Source: Longimicrobiales bacterium
GTDB taxonomy: Bacteria > Gemmatimonadota > Gemmatimonadetes > Longimicrobiales > Gaopeijiaceae
Assembly (NCBI GenBank): GCA_965248195.1
Contig: CBDFIQ010000001.1
Location: forward strand, 1 to 64,000
Direction: 5' to 3'
Length of the DNA: 64,000 nt
In this document: positions 33,963-44,097 of the stretch, piece after piece
Numbering within the stretch: the first letter of the stretch is position 1
Layout: each line of letters starts with the position of its first letter
Notes under the pieces: generated by a model
Told to the model about the DNA's origin: nothing
The model's input: only the letters and a program-made list of their open reading frames with translations
Database searches by the model: none
Position numbers and translations under genes: made by a program

Positions 33963-34277
33963 CTAGCCATCCAACCGACCCCAACGGTCGAAGTCTCGTC
34001 GCTGGTGGAGCACACCCAGAATCGAGACCTCTTCCTCATCGATATGGTACAGGAGCCGGTAGGGGCCGACGAGGAGTTCACGGACCGTTGGGTCGTCCAA
34101 CTCTGGCACGACTCGCCCCCGGTCGGCCATGGAATCAAGCGAGTCTGTCGAGTGGAGGATGTCTTCGAGCAAGCGGATCGCGCCCTCGAGCGATTCGTCC
34201 GCGACGAAGGCTATAGCGGCGTCAAGCTCGCGGCGTGCTCCCTCAGTCCAAACTATCCGGCGGCGCCGAGGACCCAT
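33963..34277 (-). CDS. RelE/ParE family toxin
   Basis: IVWTEGARRELD...GRVVPE...RELLVGPYRLLY...LHQRRD. Confidence 0.88.
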   Translation of the reverse strand: MGPRRRRIVWTEGARRELDAAIAFVADESLEGAIRLLEDILHSTDSLDSMADRGRVVPELDDPTVRELLVGPYRLLYHIDEEEVSILGVLHQRRDFDRWGRLDG

Positions 34278-34450
34278 TTACGCCGGAGTTCCTCGGCAAC
34301 CTGCTCATGAGGAATTGTCCTACCCGCCTCCGCGTCCGCCAAGCCGCGGTCCACGGCCTGCAGCACATAAAGGTGGTAGAGCACCTCATCGAGGGAGCAG
34401 TCGTCCGGTAGGCGGTCCAATACTTCCTGGACCCTCTCCTTTGTTGTCAC
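34253..34450 (-). CDS. Antitoxin partner of the RelE/ParE toxin
   Basis: LPDDCSLDEVLYHLYV...RGLADAEAGRTIPHEQV; GGAGG RBS; overlaps the toxin gene. Confidence 0.85.
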   Translation of the reverse strand: MTTKERVQEVLDRLPDDCSLDEVLYHLYVLQAVDRGLADAEAGRTIPHEQVAEELRRKWVLGAAG

Positions 34451-34572
34451 ACTACCTCCTCAGCTCTTCCGACGGAAACGCATGGGCCATACACTAAAGA
34501 TAGGCTCGGGGTCGACTACCGCCATGTCCATCTGGGACTGAACTCAGCCCAAAGCGGGCACCCTGAAACGCA

Positions 34573-34666
34573 CCCTAACGTCTCTGCGATTTGCTGCGCG
34601 TCCAAGATGCTCTCCGCGAGCGTAGCGCACGACCCTAATGCCTACCGCGACTGCAACAATCGCTTG
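34573..34666 (-). other. attC site with its R'' box disrupted by an IS110 element
   Basis: R' GTTAGGG and arms nearly identical to the attC at 45654-47213. Sequence stops at AATCGCTTG where GTT is expected. Confidence 0.75.
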
Positions 34667-34724
34667 ATTCTACCAAGAAGGACCTGCCGGCCGCACCATG
34701 CGGCAACCCCAACCGGGAGGTCCG

Positions 34725-36697
34725 ATGCTCTACACGGGAATCGATCTACACAAGCGCACGGTCGTGATCGGTAGTGTCCCTAGATTTGTGTAAAAGCGGA
34801 TAAGCTGGACAGGAGGGAAAGAAAAACGGAAGCTCCTCTGTTGTTGTTCACTGTCACATGAACCCGGGAGTCCGGGTCTGCAGAGCAGGCTCGGAACCGG
34901 AGAGGAGCTTCCGATGCAAGAGATTGTGGAGATCGGTCGGGCCACGCAAGACGAGCTACGCGATGATTTGCGCGAGCTGTTTCAAGGCGCGATCCGGCTG
35001 ACGCTCGAGATGGTGCTGGAAGAGGAGCTGAAGGCCATGGTAGGTGCACGCCGCTTCGAGCGGGTGGGAAGCCGGAAGGACCATAGGAACGGCACATACC
35101 TGAGGCGGCTGCTGACGAGCCTGGGGCAGATCGAGGTCGCCATGCCCCGGAGCCGGGACAACGGTTCGCCGGCCGACGTGATCGGCCGCTACCAGCGCAG
35201 GAGCCCCGAGCTCGACGAGATGATGGTCGAGGCGTATGTGAGCGGCGTGTCACAGCGCAAGATGGGCGACGTCACCGAGGCGCTGATGGGCGAGCGTGTT
35301 GGGCGCTCGACGGTGAGTCGTGTGGCAAAACGGCTCGACGAGGCCGTGGAAGGGCTGCGCCGTGCGCCGATCGAGGGGCCTCACCCCTATCTGTACCTGG
35401 ACGCCACGTTCTTGGACGCCCGCTGGGCCCGCAAAGTCGAGAACGTGAGTGCGCTCGTGGCGTATGCAGTGGGCCCTGAGGGTCACCGACGGCTCCTGGC
35501 CGTCACGCTGGGCGCTGAGGAGTCGCAGCAGAGCTGGTCGGAGCTCCTCGAGCAACTCCAGGACCGCGGCCTCGGCGGTGTCGAGCTCGTGATCGCCGAT
35601 GAGCACGCAGGCCTGGCAGCTGCGGTCCGCCGCTTCCTGCCCGAGGCACGCCGTCAGAGGTGTACGGTCCATCTGCAGCGTAATGTGGGGGCGAGGGTCC
35701 CCCACCGCCTACGCAAGCGCGTGGCGCGTGAGGTCTCGGTGATCTTCCAGACATCCGGACTCGCCGAGGCGAAGAAGCTCCTGGGCGAGTTCGGCGCACG
35801 CTGGAAGAAGGAGCTGCCCGAGGCCGTGGAGGTCCTGGAGCGGGGCTTCGGGGCAGCGACGCAGTTCTACGCGTTCCCCGAGGCGCACTGGCCCCGGCTG
35901 CGTACCACCAACAGCCTCGAGCGGCTGCACGGCGAGATCAAACGCAGGATCAAGGCCGCCGGCGCCTTCCCGGACCGGGCCAGCGCCCTCAGGCTCATCA
36001 CGGCCGTCGCACTCAGGACCACACACGTCTGGGGCGACCGGCGTTACCTCGACCTCTCACTCCTCCAGAAACAGGAGGTCGCCCAAGCAGCCTAGCCGAA
36101 GGCGAGGAGCTTCCTCCGCTTTTACACACAAATCGGGACTTGACCCTCGTGATCGCCACTGTTGATGAGACGGGTAAGGTTCATTCGGAGGCCTCGCTTC
36201 CGACTTCTCGGTCGGCCGTGGCCCGCTACTTCCACTGGTTGCCGGAACCCACGGTGGCGACGGTGGAAGCGACGTCGTCCTGGTACTGGCTGCGCGACTT
36301 GTTCGAGCAGCAGGACGTGCCTCTGACGCTGGCGCATGCCAAGTTCGTGAAGGCCATCGCCTACGCCAAAGTGAAGACGGATGCGGTCGATGCGTTGACA
36401 CTGGCGCAGCTACACCGAGCCGACCTGATCCCACGGGCCCACATGGTCAGTCCCGAGCTCCGACCTCTCCGTGCCTTGCTGCGCACGAGACTGCACCTGG
36501 TGGAGAAGCGGACCAGTGCGAAGAACTCGGTCCAACGGCTGCTGGAGCAGTACAATGTGCCCGAACCCCATCGGCTACCGGACGAGGCCACGCTTCAGGC
36601 GTCGCTCTATGCGGAGCAGATCGAGTTGCTGGGTGATCAGATCCATCGTATCGAGCAGCAGCTCCAGCCCGAACTCATCCCCAACCCCAATACGTAG
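34725..36697 (+). pseudogene. IS110-family transposase interrupted by IS256 and 3'-truncated
   Basis: MLYTGIDLHKRTVVI|ATVDE...VEAT...KTDAVDA rejoins in frame after removing IS256. The C-terminal domain is missing. Confidence 0.88.
34770..36145 (+). mobile_element. IS256-family element, copy 1 (transposase 34914-36095)
   Basis: IRs GGTAGTGTCCC.../...GGGACTTGACC; flanking duplication (g/c)TCGTGATC; YLDAT, QRCTVH and RTTNSLER motifs. Confidence 0.95.
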
Positions 36698-36728
36698 CCC
36701 GTGTTGCACTTCAAAGTTGATCCTGAGT
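36695..36728 (+). repeat. IS30-like terminal sequence, copy 1
   Basis: TAGCCCGTGTTGCACTTCAAAGTTGATCCTGAGT, 32/34 identical to 39144-39177. Confidence 0.65.
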
Positions 36729-36813
36729 CCGCTCCTGAAGTCCTCGCTGGCGATCACGCGCCCCCGCTGAAGGAAATTTTTCTCTGACCCCGATTTCTCT
36801 AAGGCCTGTTCGT

Positions 36814-38466
36814 TCAGCTATCGAAGTGTGAGTGGAAATCGGCGATCGAATCGATCCCCCCGTGTCCCCCCGCGATCCACTCCACGTCCCAGTCAAACGT
36901 CGGGAGCGTTTCCCTCAAGCCCTGGCTCCACTCGCCGAAGGGCTCCGGTAGCGGCTGCCCCACCGGAAACACGGCGGGCATGTAGATGTCGCTCACGAAG
37001 AGCAGCCGAGTCTCCGGCACGTGAACGACCAGGAGGTCCTCATTGTGGATCGTCGGCACGTGCCGGGCCTTTACGGTCCGCCCGCCCCCTTCGAGGCTGA
37101 ACTCCTCGTCCGGCGCCACCGCTTCGATGTGCCACTCGGGGCTCTCCACTCCGGCGAGTTCGTCCGCCACCAAGGTGTGGGGAGAGGACAGCGCCGCCTC
37201 CACGTAGGCGCGGTTCAGGGCACTGGTCACGATCGTGGCACCCCGTGCCGCGTAGGTTCGAATGCCCCCCATATGGTCGTAATGGTGGTGTGTGAGGATC
37301 AGGTGAGTAACCGGAAGCCCCGGCCACAACTCTTCCACCTTGGCCAGCACCGCCTTTGAGCGGGCCTCATTGAGCGGCGGTTCGACCACGGCAACGCCAT
37401 CGCCGAGCCTGATCGCCAGTGAGTTGTGGGTTCCCCCAGTCAGATGGTAGATCTCGGAGTCGCCGGCCACCGCTGTGGCAGCGACGAACGTTTGATCGTC
37501 ATCGGCAGGCACCCCAATGGCGTGCCAGCGGGTGTGGTATTGGGCATTCAGCGCCCCGCGCTGGGCCGCCGCCGGGTCGACTTGGGTGCGCGGCTCCTCT
37601 GGGAGGGCAAAGGCGTCGTCTGCGAACTCCGGGTTGACGACGACGTCGGTCCGGCTTTCCGCGTGCAGGGTCTGGCCGGAGACCGCCAGCTCGACCCGGT
37701 GGGGAAACTGCAAGGGGCTGCCCTCGGGCGAGGACCAGTCTCCGTAGGAAACCTCGATCTCCACATCACCCCCGATGTGGTCGTTCTGGAGGGTCTTGAG
37801 CATCGCTACCCGCCCGCTTTCCGCGTCGACGATCAGCTCCACCGGATACGACGGGTCAGCCACCTCGATCACGTGGTGGGTCCGCCCGTCGTGCTCCACG
37901 TCGGCCTTGATCGTGGCCGCGCCCTCGGTCAAGGCCGCCGTGCGGAGGTAGAGCAGCGGATTCAGAAGGCGGAATTCTCGCCGAACCGCGGCGTTGCGCC
38001 CGGAAGTGAGCGCCCGGTCCGTGGACGCATCCGGCGGGTTGAGGACGTTGTCGTCTCCGGTCTGGTAGCCGAGATCTCCGTCGATAACGTCCTTGTAGGC
38101 GAGCGCACCACGGAGCGGGTCGAAGATCTGCCGCCGCCAATCGAAGCTCCACCGGTCGTTCTCGACGTCACACAGAAGCGAGAGATCGAACGAGCTGGCG
38201 CGGATGGGGTCGGTTTCGGGGTTGAGACCCTGAGCGGCCTCGAAGCGCTCGCCGGCCGACTCGTACCCGAAGCCCCGGAGCTCAAGGAGAACCTCTTGGC
38301 CGCCTACCGCGTCGAATGCCTTCTGTAGGGGGTCCGGACGCCCGGTACAGCCACCGATCGCCGTCAGGCAAAGCGTCAACATCAGAGCCGAAACGAAGAG
38401 CGGAGCACGAATCAGACCTTGCGCTCCTGTCCGGCGGAACACTTGGTGCAAGTTGCTCTCGTTCAT
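36814..38466 (-). CDS. MBL-fold hydrolase lipoprotein with an N-terminal beta-rich domain
   Basis: Lipobox-like GGC, THHHYDH, HNED, VSD and GGHG motifs. Confidence 0.85.
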   Translation of the reverse strand: MNESNLHQVFRRTGAQGLIRAPLFVSALMLTLCLTAIGGCTGRPDPLQKAFDAVGGQEVLLELRGFGYESAGERFEAAQGLNPETDPIRASSFDLSLLCDVENDRWSFDWRRQIFDPLRGALAYKDVIDGDLGYQTGDDNVLNPPDASTDRALTSGRNAAVRREFRLLNPLLYLRTAALTEGAATIKADVEHDGRTHHVIEVADPSYPVELIVDAESGRVAMLKTLQNDHIGGDVEIEVSYGDWSSPEGSPLQFPHRVELAVSGQTLHAESRTDVVVNPEFADDAFALPEEPRTQVDPAAAQRGALNAQYHTRWHAIGVPADDDQTFVAATAVAGDSEIYHLTGGTHNSLAIRLGDGVAVVEPPLNEARSKAVLAKVEELWPGLPVTHLILTHHHYDHMGGIRTYAARGATIVTSALNRAYVEAALSSPHTLVADELAGVESPEWHIEAVAPDEEFSLEGGGRTVKARHVPTIHNEDLLVVHVPETRLLFVSDIYMPAVFPVGQPLPEPFGEWSQGLRETLPTFDWDVEWIAGGHGGIDSIADFHSHFDS

Positions 38467-38944
38467 GACGTCCTCCTCGGTGCGGTTGTTGCCTGGTGTG
38501 TACAATCAGAAGGCTGCTGTTGGAAATTCACGTGGGATTCACGTGTGCACTCTCGACGGTCTTCTAGGAAAATGGGGACAGACTTATTTTCTTACTGCCT
38601 GCCATTGCGAGCATAACGCGTTGTCGGAGTGCACGCCATCGGTTTGCTGCCGTCAGGAACCTCGCGATGCCTACGTGTTGATCGAGGGCAAACTGGGGAA
38701 CTAACGGCTGGTGGGATGAAGCCAAGAGCTTTGCGGGTCATGTTACCGATGCGCTCGGTAGAACAACCGCTCGTTTCGATCCTGAAGCGCCCGCAGCGCG
38801 ATACCCGGCGGCGTTTGATTCTAGGTTTCGTTCTGTGCGGTGACAAACTTCGGGTTCATCGCGAACGACGTGGTCACCACCGAAGAGGCCGTGGAGGCGA
38901 TGGAACAGTCCGGAAGCGAGAACTGACCCCTATTTGGACAGGAT

Positions 38945-39075
38945 TTGGGGTGACCTCGCGATCGAGGTGGGCTGGACCCACCTGGCTCAGGTACAGGAGG
39001 AGATCCTGCGCGTATGCGAAGCCGCCCATGTTCCGGTCGTGTGGGCCACCCAGGTATTGGAGGGACTCGCCAAGA
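38945..39075 (+). pseudogene. Pyruvate kinase fragment
   Basis: GDLAIEVG...[26 protein letters not shown] matches the pyruvate kinase RGDL...ATQML signature. Confidence 0.75.
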
Positions 39076-39177
39076 ACCGACTCCTGACCCGACCCAGGAA
39101 GCGTTTAGGCTACCGCACCCCCGAGGAATGTTATGGACACATTTAGCTCGTGTTGCACTTCAAAGTTGATGCTGAGT
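39076..39177 (+). mobile_element. IS30 3' remnant
   Basis: [13 protein letters not shown] followed by a GTTGCACTT...AGTTGA end. Confidence 0.7.
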
Positions 39178-39199
39178 GGCGCCAGGCCACAAAGACAAC

Positions 39200-39229
39200 G
39201 GGCCGCCCCGACAAACTCGGGACGGCCCG
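39200..39229 (-). terminator. Intrinsic terminator of the csp gene
   Basis: GGGCCGTCCCGA...TCGGGGCGGCCC hairpin followed by GTTGTCTTT on the minus strand. Confidence 0.6.
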
Positions 39230-39253
39230 CAGGTTTCGATCAGTTAGTCTGAT

Positions 39254-39460
39254 CTAGAGCGCGACAACGTTCTCCGCCGCCGGCCCTTTTTCTCCCTGCA
39301 CCACGTCGAACTCCACTTGAGCTCCCTCAGCGAGGGTCTTGAAGCCCTCCGCCTGAATCGAGTTGTGGTGGACGAAACAATCGTTGCTTCCGTCGTCCGG
39401 CGTGATGAAGCCGAAACCCTTTTGGTCGTTAAACCACTTCACTGTTCCCTTGGTACGCAT
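39254..39460 (-). CDS. cspA: Cold-shock protein
   Basis: [15 protein letters not shown] and CFVHH; AAGGAG RBS. Confidence 0.95.
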   Translation of the reverse strand: MRTKGTVKWFNDQKGFGFITPDDGSNDCFVHHNSIQAEGFKTLAEGAQVEFDVVQGEKGPAAENVVAL

Positions 39461-39696
39461 CTATGCGCTCCTTGGTTGTGCGAGTCGGAGCTACGATGAC
39501 ACGTACATCCCGACTGCCTGACATGCGCGGAACGTCCGCGCGGTGTGTGACCGTCCTGGTCACAAAAAAAAGAGGGGGTCGGTCTCCAAGAACGAAACCG
39601 CCGCCCCCATCAGAGTCTGTGCACCCCTTTCGGGGCTGACCCATGATGCTCGCGGAGTCTGATGACGCTGTCAACTGGCAACAGCCCAAGGATGAG

Positions 39697-39772
39697 GCGC
39701 CATCTTGTATGTCGACGAATCGACATGTTCGGAGACAGAATAAGGTGCGACAGTAGCAATCGCTTGTTAGAA
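39697..39772 (-). other. Half attC (R''-L'' arm) belonging to the VOC cassette
   Basis: TTCTAAC-AAGCG-ATTGCTACTGTCGC; the R' arm is missing. Confidence 0.7.
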
Positions 39773-40935
39773 CGCGCTGCGGTACGCTGACCCATGATAG
39801 GTAACACTTTGCTGAACCATGATGGGTGACAGTCTCAGATCCTAACATGGGCCTCCACAAGGAGGCGCCATGCCATGGTTGGAGACCGATCCCATGAACG
39901 AACGAAAGCGATTCATTCTCGAAGCTGCCGCCGGCCTGTTCTCGCACACGGAGCTCTGCCTGCGTCACGGCGTCAGCCGTAAGACCGGCTACAAGTGGCT
40001 CGAACGCTACGAGTCTGAGGGACCCGACGGCCTCGGAGATCGCCCTCATCGTGTCCGGGCGCATCCACACACCACCGAGCCACACGTAGTCGATGCCGCC
40101 TTGGAACTCCGCGGACAGCGGCGACGCTGGGGTGCCGACAAGATCCGCGCTCGGCTGCTGACTCTGCACCCTGACTGGAGTGTCCCCTCCGCCCGCATCC
40201 TCCACAAGTACTTCCTCCGCGGGGGACTCGTGAAGAAGCCGCGCAGGAGTCGTAGGCGTCCGCATCCAGGCAAGCCCACAGCTCCCTTCGACGCACCCAA
40301 CGCCATCTGGTCGGCTGACTTCAAGGGTCAGTTCAAGACCCTCGACGGTTGTTACTGCTACCCACTCACCGTCCAGGATGGCTTCAGTCGTTATCTGCTC
40401 GCCTGCCAGGGGCTCGAGGGCACCACCTACTCCGCCTCCCGTCGCGTCTTTACTCGCCTTTTCCGTGAGTTCGGCCTGCCCCAGCGCATCCGCACCGACA
40501 ACGGGACACCCTTCGCTTCCATTGCTCTCGGCCGCCTCTCCCGACTCTCCGTCTGGTGGATCAAGCTCGGTATCCTGCCCGACCTCATCGAGCCCGCCTC
40601 ACCCCAACAGAACGGCCGTCACGAACGCATGCACAAAGACCTCAAGGCCGAGGCCACCATCCCGCCTGCCGGAAACCGTTCCGCCCAGCAGAAGCGCTTC
40701 AACTTCTTCCGCACCGACTTCAACCAGATCCGTCCTCACGAAGCCCTAGGCCAGAAGCCGCCTGCTTCCGCATATCAACCCTCCACCCGCTCGTTCCCGA
40801 CGAAGCTGAGCACACCCGACTACCCTGCTCACTTCGAAGTCCGCAAAGTCTCAACAAACGGAGGTATCCGATGGCACTCCGTCTGGATCAACGTCTCTCA
40901 CCTGCTCGGTGGAGACTACATCGGTCTCGAAGAGA

Positions 40936-42310
40936 GGTCAAGTCCCGATTTGTGTGTAAAAGCGGAGGAAGCTCCTCGCCTTCGGCTAGGCTGCTTGGGC
41001 GACCTCCTGTTTCTGGAGGAGTGAGAGGTCGAGGTAACGCCGGTCGCCCCAGACGTGTGTGGTCCTGAGTGCGACGGCCGTGATGAGCCTGAGGGCGCTG
41101 GCCCGGTCCGGGAAGGCGCCGGCGGCCTTGATCCTGCGTTTGATCTCGCCGTGCAGCCGCTCGAGGCTGTTGGTGGTACGCAGCCGGGGCCAGTGCGCCT
41201 CGGGGAACGCGTAGAACTGCGTCGCTGCCCCGAAGCCCCGCTCCAGGACCTCCACGGCCTCGGGCAGCTCCTTCTTCCAGCGTGCGCCGAACTCGCCCAG
41301 GAGCTTCTTCGCCTCGGCGAGTCCGGATGTCTGGAAGATCACCGAGACCTCACGCGCCACGCGCTTGCGTAAGCGGTGGGGGACCCTCGCCCCCACATTA
41401 CGCTGCAGATGGACCGTACACCTCTGACGGCGTGCCTCGGGCAGGAAGCGGCGGACCGCAGCTGCCAGGCCTGCGTGCTCATCGGCGATCACGAGCTCGA
41501 CACCGCCGAGGCCGCGGTCCTGGAGTTGCTCGAGGAGCTCCGACCAGCTCTGCTGCGACTCCTCAGCGCCCAGCGTGACGGCCAGGAGCCGTCGGTGACC
41601 CTCAGGGCCCACTGCATACGCCACGAGCGCACTCACGTTCTCGACTTTGCGGGCCCAGCGGGCGTCCAAGAACGTGGCGTCCAGGTACAGATAGGGGTGA
41701 GGCCCCTCGATCGGCGCACGGCGCAGCCCTTCCACGGCCTCGTCGAGCCGTTTTGCCACACGACTCACCGTCGAGCGCCCAACACGCTCGCCCATCAGCG
41801 CCTCGGTGACGTCGCCCATCTTGCGCTGTGACACGCCGCTCACATACGCCTCGACCATCATCTCGTCGAGCTCGGGCTCCTGCGCTGGTAGCGGCCGATC
41901 ACGTCGGCCGGCGAACCGTTGTCCCGGCTCCGGGGCATGGCGACCTCGATCTGCCCCAGGCTCGTCAGCAGCCGCCTCAGGTATGTGCCGTTCCTATGGT
42001 CCTTCCGGCTTCCCACCCGCTCGAAGCGGCGTGCACCTACCATGGCCTTCAGCTCCTCTTCCAGCACCATCTCGAGCGTCAGCCGGATCGCGCCTTGAAA
42101 CAGCTCGCGCAAATCATCGCGTAGCTCGTCTTGCGTGGCCCGACCGATCTCCACAATCTCTTGCATCGGAAGCTCCTCTCCGGTTCCGAGCCTGCTCTGC
42201 AGACCCGGACTCCCGGGTTCATGTGACAGTGAACAACAACAGAGGAGCTTCCGTTTTTCTTTCCCTCCTGTCCAGCTTATCCGCTTTTACACAAATCTAG
42301 GGACACTACC
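40936..42310 (-). mobile_element. IS256 copy 2 with a 1-bp frameshift
   Basis: Both IRs present; 1375 bp versus 1376 bp; G-run shortened near 41875. Confidence 0.92.
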
Positions 42311-43258
42311 CTTGCGTAGGCGGTGGGGGACCCTCGCCCCCACATTACGCTGCAGATGGACCGTACACCTCTGACGGCGTGCCTCGGGCAGGAAGCGGCG
42401 GACCGCAGCTGCCAGGCCTGCGTGCTCATCGGCGATCACGAGCTCGACACCGCCGAGGCCGCGGTCCTGGAGTTGCTCGAGGAGCTCCGACCAGCTCTGC
42501 TGCGACTCCTCAGCGCCCAGCGTGACGGCCAGGAGCCGTCGGTGACCCTCAGGGCCCACTGCATACGCCACGAGCGCACTCACGTTCTCGACTTTGCGGG
42601 CCCAGCGGGCGTCCAAGAACGTGGCGTCCAGGTACAGATAGGGGTGAGGCCCCTCGATCGGCGCACGGCGCAGCCCTTCCACGGCCTCGTCGAGCCGTTT
42701 TGCCACACGACTCACCGTCGAGCGCCCAACACGCTCGCCCATCAGCGCCTCGGTGACGTCGCCCATCTTGCGCTGTGACACGCCGCTCACATACGCCTCG
42801 ACCATCATCTCGTCGAGCTCGGGGCTCCTGCGCTGGTAGCGGCCGATCACGTCGGCCGGCGAACCGTTGTCCCGGCTCCGGGGCATGGCGACCTCGATCT
42901 GCCCCAGGCTCGTCAGCAGCCGCCTCAGGTATGTGCCGTTCCTATGGTCCTTCCGGCTTCCCACCCGCTCGAAGCGGCGTGCACCTACCATGGCCTTCAG
43001 CTCCTCTTCCAGCACCATCTCGAGCGTCAGCCGGATCGCGCCTTGAAACAGCTCGCGCAAATCATCGCGTAGCTCGTCTTGCGTGGCCCGACCGATCTCC
43101 ACAATCTCTTGCATCGGAAGCTCCTCTCCGGTTCCGAGCCTGCTCTGCAGACCCGGACTCCCGGGTTCATGTGACAGTGAACAACAACAGAGGAGCTTCC
43201 GTTTTTCTTTCCCTCCTGTCCAGCTTATCCGCTTTTACACAAATCTAGGGACACTACC
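42311..43258 (-). mobile_element. IS256 copy 3, 5' part only
   Basis: Left IR through codon ~RLRK. The 9-bp duplication TCGAAGAGA flanks the combined copy 2 plus copy 3 unit. Confidence 0.9.
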
Positions 43259-43442
43259 TCGAAGAGATCGACCACGACATCTGGGCCGTCTACTTTGGCC
43301 CCGTCTCGCTCGGCTGGCTGCACATAAGAAAAGGTGCCATCCTCGACCACAATGGCTCCTCTTCTCGTAACCCAAAACTGTAACCCATCAAGGTTCAGTT
43401 TTTGTTACCCATCAGGGTTCGGGCTCAGACGGTGACTTAGCA

Positions 43443-43847
43443 TCACCGAACCTCGCTGATCTCCAAGAGATGTCCGTCGGGATCTCGGAAGAAGCAGCGG
43501 ACCTCGCCACCGCGGTCGACGGGAGGTGTCAGGAATTCGGCGCCGCGAGACCGCAGCACGTCGTAGGCTGCCTGACAGTCGGGGACCCGCATCGTCAGCT
43601 GATGGCTGACGCGGTCGGGGTCCGCTGGCGGAGCGAAAGTCACGGTTGGCTTGCCCTCGGTTGGACCGCCGCCGGTAACGAGGAGGAGCCATTTGCCCTG
43701 GAACTCCAGTACGGCTGAGGTGCCCTCATATTCACGGAACAGTGTGGCGCCGAGCACGCCGGTGTAGAAGGCTCGTGAGCGCACGATGTCCTCAACCACG
43801 AGGAGGAGAGTCATCTCAACACCCTCAACGGGAAACTCAGACGACAT
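43443..43847 (-). CDS. VOC/glyoxalase protein (gene cassette)
   Basis: GGAGG RBS; FFRDPDGHLLEI. Confidence 0.88.
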   Translation of the reverse strand: MSSEFPVEGVEMTLLLVVEDIVRSRAFYTGVLGATLFREYEGTSAVLEFQGKWLLLVTGGGPTEGKPTVTFAPPADPDRVSHQLTMRVPDCQAAYDVLRSRGAEFLTPPVDRGGEVRCFFRDPDGHLLEISEVR

Positions 43848-43875
43848 CGTACCTCCCACCGACGATGGACTCGCA

Positions 43876-43992
43876 CTCTAACGGATCTGGGTTTCTGCTG
43901 CAGGACCACAATGCCGACCCGGAGCGCGAGCCGCCAGGCGAGTGCTGCCGGACCTCGCAGCTTACCCTGTCAGCAGCAAACCCTTGTTGGGC
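43876..43992 (-). other. attC site (117 bp)
   Basis: GCCCAAC-AAGGG-TTTGCTGCTG...GCAGCAGAAACCCAGATCC-GTTAGAG. Confidence 0.85.
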
Positions 43993-44097
43993 TGCTCTCG
44001 CTTCGCCGTAGGCGCCCCTCCCAGGAGCCCTAGGCCCGGACCCGCTCGCCGTGTTCCGCCGTCAGAATCGGAGCCTCACATCCCCGGCCCGGTGTCA

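Larger units (their letters stand above)
39778..43431 (+). mobile_element. IS481-family element (transposase from 39870) interrupted by IS256
   Basis: MPWLETDPM, WSADFKG, IRTDNG and NGRHER motifs. The frame resumes GLEE|IDHDIWAVYFG at 43259. Inverted ends have doubled GATGGGTAACA-like motifs; exact ends uncertain. Confidence 0.85.
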
